Source: Trichosphaerium sp. ATCC 40318
Taxonomy: Eukaryota > Protista > Tubulinea
DNA: 64,000 bases
Assembly: GCA_038496445.1 (NCBI GenBank)
Contig: JALMLS010000450.1
Span: 1-64,000, forward strand
Direction: 5' to 3'
The notes beneath the pieces are model-generated. The model was not told the DNA's origin. It made no database searches and worked only from the letters and a program-made list of their open reading frames with translations. A program made the translations under genes and the position numbers. How positions within the stretch are numbered: the first letter of the stretch is position 1; every line of letters begins with the position of its first letter. Positions 12,901 through 25,668 of this stretch are shown in pieces.

Positions 12901-15900
12901 AGCATTATGCAAATATTGGATCAGATTGGCGTCATTTACAGCGTGAATTGAATAATCCTAGAGGTCCTTGGTCCTCTTTGTCTTCCATTCAAGAAGAAGG
13001 TACAGCTTCTTTTTTTTACTCAATAGTATGTTTAGTTTTTGTTTAGCAAAGGCTTATTGGATACTTGATACTACTGAAACTGCGAATAGAATACGATTGA
13101 AACTTAAACGGTACTATGGCGATTGTACTACTATACAAGAAGCCTGTCGGTTAAACGATCCGTTACACTTAGTACGTTCAGTCATTTGAAATAAATCTTT
13201 TTTGGGAGTTTTCTTGCTAACAAAGAGTGCAGGAAAAAATGTCTAAAACCGAGCTGGACAAGTTTGCAAAAGAGCGTACAGAAAAAGAGGAGCGAAGAAA
13301 GACTCTTCAGACTTCAAACGAAGTTGTAGCACTTGTATCTAGTCAAGATGGATTCAACAACATTGACGATTGGGAAGAAATTCCAATGGAAGAAATTGAA
13401 CAACAAGTAAGCTCTTTAAGATATTTAGTGTTGACTGGCTCAATAGAAAGATGAAGCTGAAGAAACAAAGTACATAGCACGCTGTGAATGGATCAAAGGG
13501 ATGAGCGCTATTAGCGGTGATTTTGAAGGTGAGTGTTTTAAGAAAACGAACAATTATTGTTTAAGCTTTGACAGTTTTCTAACTTCTTTTGTGTTCAGTG
13601 TCCACGCACCAGATTCATTTCAGGAATATGGAAACAAAGATATTCAAGAGTATTAAGCTATCTGATATCACTGCTATTTATAGGCGACGATACAAGCTTA
13701 GATATACTGCTTTGGAGATTTTTAAGAAGTCGAAAGGTTACTTCTTTAATTTTGACAAGTCAAAGACAATGCATGTATTCAAATCTATACTTTCTGCACG
13801 TCCACCTAATTTAAAGGTAAGACTTTTTATATTTCTTTTGACAATTACATATTATGTTGTCGTAGTAGTAGAATTGTTAGAAACGTTCAAACGTGAACTA
13901 AGCTTCACTTTAGTTTTTTTTTTGATATTTTTTGAGTTTGGGTTGAGCTAACTGTTTATGTTCTAGGAGTACCACTCTAGTGCACCTTCAAAATTACTAC
14001 GCAAGAAAAAGATAACAGAATTGTGGAGAAAGCGTCAAATGTCTAATTTTGACTACCTCATGGAACTCAATAGTATAGCTGGTACAACTGTCTTTCGCAT
14101 TTCCTTTCTCACCAATTAATCCAAAATCTTTGACAAATGCACTGTCAATTTTCTCTTTTGAAACTTTTGCTTCACTTTGGACTAATAAACGCAAGGGCGG
14201 AGTTATAATGACTTAGGACAGTATCCAGTTTTCCCGTGGGTTATAAAGGTTAGTATTCTTTGAAGCCAAAAAAACCCCACTCCTTTAGTTTTGTGGCAGT
14301 TCCTGACCACGTGTTAGGATTATACCTCTAAAACATTAGACTTGGACGATCCTAATATATACCGAGACTTGAGCAAGCCAATTGGTGCATTGAATCCCAA
14401 GCGTTTAGCAAACTGTAAAGCACGTATGGAGTCAATGAAAGGAGACTCTGAAATGCCAGAGTTTTTATACGGATCTCATTATTCTACTGCTGGTAAGTGT
14501 TGTTAACCAATTTATTCATTTAGTTTTGACATTGTTTGTCATTGTAGGCGTTGTTACATATTACATGGCTAGAATGTTGCCATTCACGCTTCATCACATA
14601 CAATTGAATGGAAACAAATTCGATCTTCCATCAAGAATGTTTATTTCAATTGCTGATTGTTGGGAAGGTGTTATGACTAATGCATCTGATGTAAAAGAGC
14701 TAGTGCGTATTATTATTATCAACGACTTTGTCTTTTAAACTATTACTAACATATGAATAGATACCAGAGTTCTTCTATCAACCTGAATTTTTGGTAAATA
14801 GGTGCGCGAACTACTTTTTTTAGTAGTTGGGAGAAAAGCATGTGATTATGAGTCTTACTTTCGCTTAGGAATCAATTAAAACTTGGACTAATAGATGGTA
14901 ACACAATATCTAACGTTCAGTTACCACCATGGGCAGACTCACCAGAGAGCTTTGTCCAAATAAATAGACGTGCTCTAGAATCTGAGTATGTGTCTCAAAA
15001 CCTACACAAGTGGATTGACCTTATCTTTGGTACGTCTCAAGAAGTCTATAATAGTAAATCAAAATCATAAATACATTATTGAGATAATAATTGCCCCTTG
15101 GGCGCCAAACTTTAACAAAGTATTTCTTTTTTTTGACTCAGCAAAAACGAAGTATATGTGATTGTTTTATACACGCTCATTGGCTTTGTATAGGTTATAA
15201 ACAACGTGGTGAAGAAGCTAAAGAAGCTGATAACTTATTTTATTACCTTACTTATGAGGGTATGGTTGATATAGATGCAATCGAAGATCCTATCAAAAGA
15301 CAAGCTTTCGAAGAGCAAATCCTTGAGTTTGGCCAGGTTCGTCAACTCATTTTTACCAATCCTTGCTGCTCTTCCTTACGCTATTATATAGGTACCAAGT
15401 CAGTTACTAAAGTCACCACACCCTGAAAGGCTTGCACCACAAATCGTGAAATCACCTGCACAACTAATGACACCACAAGAAGTCAGACAAGTTTATACTT
15501 ATGCACTTCATCCAAATGCAAAAGCATCAATGCCTATAATATTCATACATCAGCATGGAGACAATAAGCTTAGTATTGTATTCAGAGATGGGTTTGTATC
15601 TCATGCGCAGTTTAAGACAGGAAAAGGAGGAACATTACCTTTTACATTCACACAAGATACAGTTGACTTTAATTCTATTCAAAGATATCAAGCGAGAAGC
15701 CTTAACACTGTATTTTCACGTGAGGTAAGAAACCATATTTTCTCGCTTTTTTACTGTCTGTTACTATTGGTTGTTTGCGTTCTTTTTTACATTAGTAAAT
15801 AGAATAACATATGGTTTGTTGGATAGAGTATACAACGTATACTCTTCCTTCTGCCCACCTTGGCTGTCAGTGTTTTTCTTTTTTTTTTCTTTGCTTTTTA

Positions 15901-16750
15901 TTACCTTCCTGTTGTGGCCGTTTGGTTTTTTTCTTCTGTTTCGTTTACTCATTAGAATGAATTCGTATTATTCTTGTGTTGACATGTTATGTAGGCATCA
16001 TCATTTTCTCTACAGCATTGTTTTGCTGTAGCAAAAGGAAAATACATTGTAAACTGTTTCAATTGGGATGATTCTATTCGTGTATGTCAAATAACTTCTA
16101 CAGACCTTCATAAGGTAGTATTTGCTCATAACGATACTATAACATGCCTTGCTATGGACGCTACTGGTACAAAACTAGTAACAGCTTCAGCTGATTGTAC
16201 TTGCCTTGTTTGGGACGTACATGATGTTGTTTCAAGAAAACAACCTTCTCCAGCTCCTAAACACACCCTATATGGACATGATGAAGAGATTCGTTGTGTT
16301 GCAATCAACTCTGACTTGGATTTGATTGTAACAGGATCAAGAGACACAACATGCATTTTTTATAAGCTGAACAAAGGTCGATACATCAGAACGATTTATC
16401 ATCAAAAACCAGTTCTATTTGTTTCTTTATCGTCTTTTGGGTACTTGCTTTCTTACTGTGCAGATGAGTGCATATACTTACATAGTATCAATGGTGTGCT
16501 TCTTAACGCTACATCTGCTGGTAAGGCTACAGCTATGGTAGTAAGTGATGATGGAGAGTATCTTGTTATTGCTGCTGAAGGTGTTTTGACTTGTTATTCT
16601 CTTTATGCTGGAAACTTCACTCCTGTAATGCGTTGGCAAGTTGGTGTTGCTGTAGTCACTCTAGAGTTTGTTATGGACTGTAAGTATCTTATGGCTGGAT
16701 TGGATAATGCACAACTTGCCATTGTTCTTTTTGATCCAAAGACCTTTTAG
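6986..16750 (+). CDS. Neurobeachin/Lvs-type BEACH-domain protein (ConA-like, ARM, PH, BEACH, WD40); many exons
   Basis: PH segment [19 protein letters not shown] motifs [13 protein letters not shown]|[30 protein letters not shown]|[34 protein letters not shown]|YKQRG and EQILEFGQ. C-terminal WD40 ([18 protein letters not shown]). Confidence 0.95.
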
Positions 16751-17121
16751 AGCATTTTTTTACTCAACGATAAAAAACCAATGTACATTATTACTATTTT
16801 GTAAAATAAACATCATACTTCCTCCATTGTTTAATGACTTGTTACATATCTTTATACTTACTATTGACAAACAACCTAGGTATTGTTGTAGCACGTAAGA
16901 AAATATGTTCAAGTCTATTTGCTGCAGCATTGTCAATTGCTGTAATGCAATGTGTTTCCATTACAATATAAAATATTCAGGTATCATTTATTGGACATTT
17001 CAGACGAAGAGAGTACTTTGCAGGCAAACGGGTTGAAGATTACGCTTTTGGTACACGTGCAAAAACTATGTAATGTAAAATTAAGCTTTATTTTTTTTTG
17101 GGGTGGCTTGAGTTTGTTTTT

Positions 17122-17931
17122 TTATTCAACACTGATTCTGTCTTTACAAACTCCTGGAATCTAAAGGAATAAAAATTAGGAATTTGGTTTTTACTGTTTT
17201 TGGATTGTTTATCGTACCACAAAGTCAGACTCTGTTGGTTTTGGTAGTCTGTCGCTAACTACTAGGGTATGAGCATATATTATAACGTTATTCTTTGTCC
17301 TGATATCCTCCATCAAGTAAGTAAGCTGGTTTTTGCCTATTCTAGTGTTAGAAAGGCTGCAATAGTATAAAGTCGCGTCTAACCATCGTCAGTAACAATT
17401 GCGTGGCCAACAAGTCTTTTATCTTCAAAGTAACAATCGTAGAAGTACTCATTTCCTACTCTAAACCAATCGCAGTCTTTAGGAAGCTTTCCAAAGGTTT
17501 GTGTTTCGCAAGACGTGTTTGTAGCCCTGATTGCTGTTTGCTAAACGATACTAGTTAGAAAAAGCGTTCGTACGCTTCTGTGTACGTTTTTAGGCGTAAA
17601 AAGCAGTAAACCAGAGCTTTGAAATGCGGAGGAATCGATTTAAACGTACATTTCCGTCATGGGAGACAATGTTGATGAGCAACGTATTGACACCTTTGTA
17701 ACCATGATTACAGCATTGAGTAGCTGTATCGTTCATCCAAGTACGAGAAGGCGTACGTGTAAACCAATTGCCTTTCATATACGTGTAAGTGCCTTCTCTG
17801 TTGAGTTGCTTTCCATTGAGCCAACCCTCGCCTGAATACGTAAAATGTACGTATTTAAGCGGTAAAGGATTGAACTGTGCTACTACTAACACAACAGAAC
17901 TGACAAAGAAAAGAATAGCGAGAAGCTTCAT
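17122..17931 (-). CDS. Secreted protein, ependymin-related/LolA-fold-like; multi-exon
   Basis: Signal peptide MKLLAILFFVSSVVLVVA, then PLP..HFTY, spaced cysteines and C-terminal PKPTESDF|IPGVC. Clear paralog at 43969-44823. Confidence 0.55.
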
Positions 17932-18160
17932 ATTTGGTAAACTGTATTGCTAAATCAGGAACGTCTACTTTTCTAAAATAGTCAACTTACCTCCAACTTA
18001 AAATAAAATCGAAAAACAAATGATCCCAATGCTGTAAAAAAGGTGGGTGGTCACTTGCCTGCCCGCAACATGATGGTATTTGAACCTGAAGTTGCTAAAG
18101 CAGTGTGGAAACGAAAATGGACTGAAGTCAGAATTTTTGTTCAACAATTAAGTGACTGCC

Positions 18161-18496
18161 TAGAGGTCTTACTTTTCCGGTTACAAACCGGTTAACCGTT
18201 TAAGTTCTGAAAGCTAGGTAACTTCGACTTCTTAACGACTATGATCTAGTGAAATATTGCACCCTGAACGGCGTTGGGCAAAGGCAAACTGTAGCAAAAA
18301 CCAACTCCAATAAAAATAGTTCCACTTTTGTTCAACTTTGTAGAACTTTGTTTTTTAAAGTGTATGAAAGTAGTTTGGATGAAAAAAGCGTGCCGGAGGC
18401 TTACAATGACGCCAAAAACTTTTGTTTTACCATAAAACCGAACTGGTTACGAATTGGCGTAACCGGCAAAGTCGAAATGGTTTTCTTATAGCTCTA
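18161..18496. mobile_element. Non-autonomous hAT-type element (MITE)
   Basis: Ends TAGAG...CTCTA. Flanked by 8-bp TGACTGCC (18153-18160) and TGACTGTC (18497-18504), 7/8 identical. Subterminal CGGTTA/TAACCG motifs at both ends are shared with 50811-51345. Confidence 0.7.
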
Positions 18497-18702
18497 TGAC
18501 TGTCATACTTCGGCGTAGTAATATGTATGTATTACGTTTTACTGAGACTTAGTAGTACGGTTAGTCTGTACTTTCTCTTGTTTAGAAATGACTAAGTTTA
18601 GTCCCTCCGACCAAGAAGTATTGATCGACTTTTCGAATGAACTTAACTACTGTACAGAAAGTTCAATCAACTCTTCATACGAAATCCCATAAAGACAGCT
18701 CA

Positions 18703-20042
18703 ATGATAAAGCTAATTATTTTCGCACTTTCCATAGCATTGGCGATAAATGCTGCGGAATATCCAACAATACAGCGACCACCAATGTTTTCATTCAAAAC
18801 AATACCTGTTTTCGCGCACGTGACCAAACCGACGCCTTTTAACGCAACGGACCTTGATTTTCTTTCCAAGTTCCAAATAGTACAATTCGATAAAGCTCAA
18901 GGCTCGGCTGTTGGCGGCGCTCTAGAGGATCGTTTTGTTGCGGCTTCAAAGCAAGTTAAAGGCAAAAATCCAAAAATATTTACGCTCATGTACGTTTTGC
19001 AGCTTTTCTCTACAGTTTCGAAGCTATTGTGTTCTAATTAGAGCTTAAAGGTACTACAATGCCGTAATCAACTTTCCAGAGTTTTCTTTGTACAACAAAA
19101 CACGTGGACGTTCAGATTTGCTTGTATCTTATCCAAATGGAAGTTTAGTGCCTTTTCCTCACAAGCCTACGCTGACAACGTTCGATTTGAGTAAACCCGC
19201 TATGCGCAAGCTCATTATAGATGATTGTATGGAAGGTATAAAAAGGGTAAGTACTAATAGATGGTCGCGGCCATTCCTAGAACCAAGTGAAACTGCTTTT
19301 GTCAAAGTTAATTTTTTTTTCAGAGCTTTGATGGTTGTTTCTACGATAGAGCCAACTGGGCAAAACAACTGTACACGAGAGACTTGCATCCTGAAGGATG
19401 GACGAAGGACATGTTCTTGAGTTTGGCTGAAGGTGGCGTAGCGCTTTTCAAAGAGCTACAAGGCAATGTTACCGAAAAGAATATTATTTTGGCTAAGGAA
19501 ACGGATAATATCGTTGCTGAAGATTGGCACTATGTTAATGCGATGATGATAACAGATACATTCTGTAGTGTATTCAGAGATGAATGGGACGCGGATCAAT
19601 GTGTGATGGACATTACAGCGGCTCAAGGCGCAGCTAAAAGGTAAGTCAAAGATAAAAATTACAACCAACATTTGTAAACTTTGTTATTGGTGTTTGATGT
19701 CCGCCGGCTTTTATTCATTGCTTTTTATTTAGAGGCCAGTTGACGCAAATGCATAATATTGGCTTGACCCAACATGACTTTGAGTTCGGCTTGGCAGCAT
19801 ACCTTGTTTCAATGGGAAAACTTTCGTACTTTTCTTATCAAGAACAAGGTAATGCTTGGAGTCTAGCTGGACTTTCTTGGCATAAGGAATACGATTACGA
19901 CCTCGGAGAACCAAAGGCTGATGCTGTTAAGAACGGATACATCTATACAAGATCATTTGCTTCAGGTACATCTGTTTGGGTTGATGTCAAGAATCGTAAT
20001 GCAACAATCACATGGGGTCATTCAATGAATGTTATTAACTGA
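18703..20042 (+). CDS. Secreted putative glycoside hydrolase (GHL15-like); multi-exon
   Basis: Signal peptide MIKLIIFALSIALAINA. Contains KGKNPKIFTLM|YYN, FDLSKPAMRK, FDGCFYDR, FGLAAYLV and C-terminal YDYDLGEP...YTRSFASGTSVWVD. Confidence 0.65.
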
Positions 20043-21320
20043 CTGATAAATTAATCAGTGTTGAGTAGAATAAAAAATCTCTTCCCTAATACTTTTGTGT
20101 ACCTACTAGTAGAAATATCGTAGCCTCTATTATTTTTGAATGAGTTTATAGTTACATTAACGCCACTACCAACCATAAGTTAAAATGACCTATTGCAGTA
20201 TCAAGAAGTATCGAGGAGTCAAGCAATGTTAGATAGACCAGATGCAAATGTGTCCTTTTGCATATTTTGTAGGTGAACAGAAGCAACAAAATAGCTATTA
20301 TGAGTCAAATCCGGCGAACCAAAAACCTTCGCGTGTACGGGGTTCAGTCCAGTTACCGCAAGCATTCATGCTCAGTGAGTTAGTAGCGGAGCAGGGTGCC
20401 CACACTGACAAAAGCCGTGTACACATGCCGTTTCATAATTAACTCTGGTGATAGAAAACATTTGACTCCAAAATATAAAGCCCACATAAAAATAAAAAAA
20501 AATATTGTGGCACAAAAGTATTCACTTTTCCGTTTCTAGATGCATGCAAAACCTTCGTTGATTTATTAACTTTTAATGGCGTTCAGCTTCAGAAAATAAT
20601 GTTTCGTTTTTGTTCAAAAATAAAACGCTTTTGTGTGAAGAAGTAGCAGCCTTCGGTTTTCTTACGCTGAGAATATAGGTGGAGGACAAGCGTTGCCTGT
20701 ATATCTTTCTGCGAAAAGTGTGTTGCCAATACACTTTATGAACACAGTGCTCAAGGATGAATCCAACGAACGACATAGAACACAAAAGTCACACGTGATT
20801 AATTTCTCCGCCACCGTGATTTCAACGAAAAATCAGGTTCTCATAATTACAGCGCAAATGCAATGGACAATACGCCAAAAAATAGGACTGTGGATACTGC
20901 AAGCCAGAATTTGGTTTCATCTCTCTATTTGTTGTAACTGTCTTTCTTACATAAAAACAAATTGGTTTATTTGGCTTAAGCGCTTACATACAAACCACAG
21001 TGATTACGCATTACATTATATAATACAACACAGATTCTACATCAAACTTGGGGTTTAGCCTATGATAGTGATTGTTATATCCTTGACCAAGTAATCTTTT
21101 CCATTGTTCTCTGAGATGCTTTTTCAATAAGTTGTTGATAGTAAACTGAAATCAAATTTCTATTCTGAAATACTTGGAAACTGACACTGTGAGCACTATT
21201 TGTAAAATAAAAAACGCAACAAAAGAAATTTGGTAAAGGATAACCAAACAGTACATTTTCGCTTTCCTTCAATTAATCAGTAAATTATTGCAACATAAAA
21301 AATGAGTTAAAATATCATTG

Positions 21321-22481
21321 TTAATCAAACATGTCATAATCTATCACAAGGTATCGTTCTATATCACGTTGTTTACCATCAACCCACGTGATGCAGGCCT
21401 GAAGTTGTCCATTATAATGCCATTCCTTACTTTCGCCATGTCGTTTACCATCAACCCACATGCCCTGGTAGTAAAGTTGTCCATTATCATACCATTTCTT
21501 ACATTCACCATGTTTATTGCCATTAACCATCATGGCCTGGTAGTAAAGTTGTCCATTATCATACCATCCCTTGCTTTCACCATGTTGTTTACCATTAACC
21601 CACATGCACTGTGATTTACGTTGTCCATTTTCATGCCATTCTTTGCATTCACCATGTATTTTACCATTAGCCATCATGCCCTGGCACTGAAGTTGTCCAT
21701 TTTCATACCATTCCTTACATTCACCATGTCGGTTACCATTAACCATCATGGCCTGGTAGTCAAGTTGTCCATTATCATACCATGATTTACATTCACCATG
21801 TATTTTACCATTAACCCACATGTCCTGGCGTTGAAGTTGTCCGTTATTGTACCAGGATTTAGCCTCACCGTGTAGTTTGCCATCAAACCATAGAGTATGG
21901 TCCTCTAATAGCCCACTATCATACCATCGTTTGCTTTCACCATATTGTTTACCGTTAACCCACATGCACTGTGCTTTACATTGTCCATTTTCGTGCCATT
22001 CTTTGCATTCACCATGTATTTTACCATTAGCCATCATGGCCTGGTACTGAAGTTGTCCGTTATCATACCATCCTTTACATTTGCCATGTATTTTACCATC
22101 AACATACATGACCTGGCAATTAAGTTTCCCACTTTTATACCATTGCATCCAAAGTCCTTTTCTTTTTAAGGTTTTATCAAAATGTGTATTGATTGCAGCT
22201 GTATTGGATAAAGTATGGAATTTTGTGAATACTTCTGCATTGAAACTACAAATGTATGTTTGAAGTTCATGCGGAATATTCAATAAATTCAAAGAAGAAC
22301 CCAATGCAATAACACTTGGGGGTTTTTTATGCTCAGGTACAGCAGACTTAAAAAAACATGTTAGTACACTAAAAAAACGGACAAAAAAAAAGGATGAAGA
22401 ACGGAAAGCATTCAAACTGTTCAAATTCTTGTTCATTTTTTTACCACCTTTGAAATTAACAGTGAAATTAATGTAAGGCAT
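21321..22481 (-). CDS. F-box-like head + 11 MORN-variant (MORN_2/YwqK-type) 24-aa repeats; true 5' end probably spliced
   Basis: LLNIPHELQTYICSFNAEVFTKFHTLS followed by tandem HGECKxWYxNGQLxxQxMxVNGKx units (72-bp DNA repeats at ~21366-22160). Confidence 0.85.
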   Translation of the reverse strand: MPYINFTVNFKGGKKMNKNLNSLNAFRSSSFFFVRFFSVLTCFFKSAVPEHKKPPSVIALGSSLNLLNIPHELQTYICSFNAEVFTKFHTLSNTAAINTHFDKTLKRKGLWMQWYKSGKLNCQVMYVDGKIHGKCKGWYDNGQLQYQAMMANGKIHGECKEWHENGQCKAQCMWVNGKQYGESKRWYDSGLLEDHTLWFDGKLHGEAKSWYNNGQLQRQDMWVNGKIHGECKSWYDNGQLDYQAMMVNGNRHGECKEWYENGQLQCQGMMANGKIHGECKEWHENGQRKSQCMWVNGKQHGESKGWYDNGQLYYQAMMVNGNKHGECKKWYDNGQLYYQGMWVDGKRHGESKEWHYNGQLQACITWVDGKQRDIERYLVIDYDMFD

Positions 22482-23096
22482 CTATAGGATGGGAAAATGT
22501 CCGGGATTTGAACGAATAGAACCAACAACCCTTTGTTTTACCCAAATTGTTTGAAGTTGTGACCAATATTTTGTTGCGAGTGCTTAGAACAAAGTTCCTT
22601 TAAAAAAACAAAGTTCCTGTAAAAAAACGAAAATGAAGCTTGTTTTCGTAGCGCTTCAGTTTTACGTACCATACACGAAATAACTAATGGAAAGTAAATA
22701 CGTTATTACCACAGGCTTGTGCTACAGAAGGACCTTTTTTGACTAAATATTCGGTAGAAATTCCAAGCACGTGAGCGCCAATTCAACACAGTCTCGGGTA
22801 GTAAACAGTAATCAATTTTTGTTCTGAAATGTATTACTGGTCTTTTGGCATTTGCTTTTCACAAGCAACGTACCAGATAGATTACTTAATGGAATTTCAG
22901 ATAAAAATGACAGCTAAAAGGCGAGGAACTAATGCCAATGACCTCTTCAATTGGTCAAAAATCATCGCTACAAAAGAAATTTTGTAAGGCTAACCAAGCA
23001 ATACATTTGCACTTTGCCTCAATTAAATTCAAAGCTGAAGTTTTGCGAACATTTTGTGCATCAATAAATACCTTGACAGCATTCTAAAAAGAGCAA

Positions 23097-25192
23097 ATGG
23101 TGTTTGTTGGTAACAACTGCGCTTTGTTGCTATTATGTGTAGCAATGGCTTGTTGTGAGACTCTTGTTGTTCATTTGAAGGACTACAAAGATGACATATC
23201 GCTTGCTAATCACGTGAAGGATTATAACGCCACGTGCCAGTGTATTTTCTCAGACGTTAACAGAAGACAAGATTATCCTCATTTAGCCTCTATTTACATG
23301 GTGCATGTAGCCACACGATCACTGAGGTACGCCATTCGTGTTTTATTTGAAAAAACGGTTCATTTATGCTTTTGGGAAAGAAAGGAGCTCCAAAACAGAC
23401 TGTTGAGCTTAGATATTATCGATGCTGCGTATATTAAACCGGTACACTAAGTGTTACCGTATCGGTTTTTTAATCTCGTATACAGGCTGCGAAACCGCCA
23501 GTTATGATGGATTTGCGCGGTAGGCGAAGCGTTGATTGAGTTTTACGTAAAACGATCTTATATTGTTTTTAGTGAACAAAACCCGTTCTGATACACCGCT
23601 ATTCGAACCATTACAAGGTTATTTGGATGCTCCTCCATACGGAATGGGAGTCAGATACGTATGATCCAAGTTTAGTAAGTAGTCAGGATGAAGCTAACGA
23701 GGGATTTTAGATGTGGAACATCCCTGGTGGTCGTGGTGAGGGTATTACTATTGTAGACGTAGAAGGTGGTTGGACCTTTGATGTATGTAACTGATATACA
23801 TTGTGATACATATCTCTAACCATCATTATCCAGCACGAGGATCTTATCCAGCATGACAGTAAGGTAGTTACAAATTGAACGCACTTCAATATATCTTAAC
23901 AACAAGTCGTAGTTGATAACCGGTGTAAATCAGCTTGGCACTGAGTACTGGGAACCGCATGGTACAGCGGTTTTTGGGATGTATGGCGGATACTTGAATG
24001 ACTTTGGAGTTACAGGCATTGGTACATCGTTTCAATCTGTGAGCAGAAAGTTAACTTAAAAAACATGCAGCATCTAAAGCGAGAATTGATGCAGCATCGA
24101 TTTTTCAAGAAGACGGCCAAGAAAATATGCCTAAAGCAATCATTGATGCTGCTGATTACATGAAGTATGTTAAATACCATATTATTTTTGTACAACAAAA
24201 TTGCACGTGCTGAGAAAAGGCCTTTTGTTTGGTTTTATTCTCCCTTTTTTAAGTGAAGTTGCTAGTCCCGGCGATATTATGCTTGCAGAACTTCACGAGA
24301 TGGGTCCTAACAACGACTGGATTACCATTGAATGGTTCCCTGATAATTACGCAGCTTTGAAATATGCAACAGACAAAGGTACACTAAAATTTATCCTACT
24401 AGTACGAATGAACATTTGTAGGAATAATTGTTGTACAAACAGCTGGAAACGGAAATCAAAACTTTGACGATCCAATTTACGATAGACCACTACCAGGATT
24501 TCCTCCTTCATGGAGTAATCCTTTCAAAAGAAATGTTGCGAACCATGTTAATACTGCTTCTTAACTTTACCTATAGCCTGATGATTCAGGTTGCATCCTA
24601 AATGGTGCAGGTGCACCTCCAAGTGGAAATTATGGTCCGCCAAACTCAAGGCTCGAGTTCTCCAACTACGGATCCGCAATGGATGTCCAAGTACTAAAGT
24701 TGTATTCAAACATTTTAAGTTTAACTTTAAAATAAGGGGTGGGGTAGAGAAGTTGTTACAACAGGATTGGGTGATCTACAAGATGGTCCCAAAACTGTAC
24801 GGCAACAAAAAGAGTCAGCATCTTACTTTTTAATTAATTTTTAGGTTCAGTACACTGCTGTGTTTGCTGGTACATCAAGCTCAGCACCAATGGTTGTAGG
24901 CGCTCTTGCTTGTATACAGGTAACACCTCAATACTTGCAACGTATGTGTTAATCTGTCGTTTTAGGGCGCTTTAAAAGCAGCAAACTTGCCAGTTCTAAC
25001 TCCACTTGAAGCTCGAGAGGCACTCAGAAACACAGGATCAAGACAGCAGCCGTAAGTTTTTATTAACAAAACCTCCCGCACTCACTGCCATTCAAAAGGG
25101 CTCCTGGAAGACCTGTATCTCAACGGATTGGATCACTACCGAATGTTGAAGAGCTGTGGGACTATGCCCGCTCACTTAAACTACAACAATAA
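23097..25192 (+). CDS. Secreted subtilisin-like serine protease (S8), bacterial type; intron-rich
   Basis: Signal peptide plus prodomain. Catalytic motifs ITIVDVEGGW (D), HGTAVFG (H), AGNG (oxyanion N) and FAGTSSSAP (S). C-terminal GRPVSQRIGSLPN. Confidence 0.9.
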
Positions 25193-25668
25193 ATTTCTTT
25201 TGCTCGCAGCTTTTGTAAGACAGCTCTTGATGATTTACCGTAACGCTAATACCCTGTTTGGTTATCCTTGACAAAATTTCTTTTGTTGCTGTGATTGTTG
25301 ACAAATTGTAGAGCTCATCAGCCGGTTCCTCACCTGTAGTTATCTTGCTATTTGCTTGAAATAATATTAAGCTATTTTTCTTTATGTCGCTGTTTCTGAT
25401 GCGAAGCAAATTAAATGAGTGAAGGCTGTGAAGGCTCCTAAAGCAATCTACATCAAAGGATTTATCAAAACGCAGTACTAGTAACTCACAGTAAAATTGC
25501 GCAGTTTACTTCCAAAGACTTGTAAATTGAAAAAGCCTCTCAGAGAAAGAACAAAAGTGATGTCAACACCGTATGTTTTTATTGTTATTGGGATGTATAT
25601 TCACTAACGAACTGATCTAGAAAGCAAGTTCGCTTGCTTGCGCTTATGAAAAAAAATTGGAGCTAGCA

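Noticed and set aside
21366-22160. 72-bp tandem repeats as a CRISPR array or a diversity-generating retroelement target
   Set aside because: The repeats are in-frame coding units with no spacers. No cas or reverse transcriptase gene is present in the window, and unit differences are not adenine-specific.
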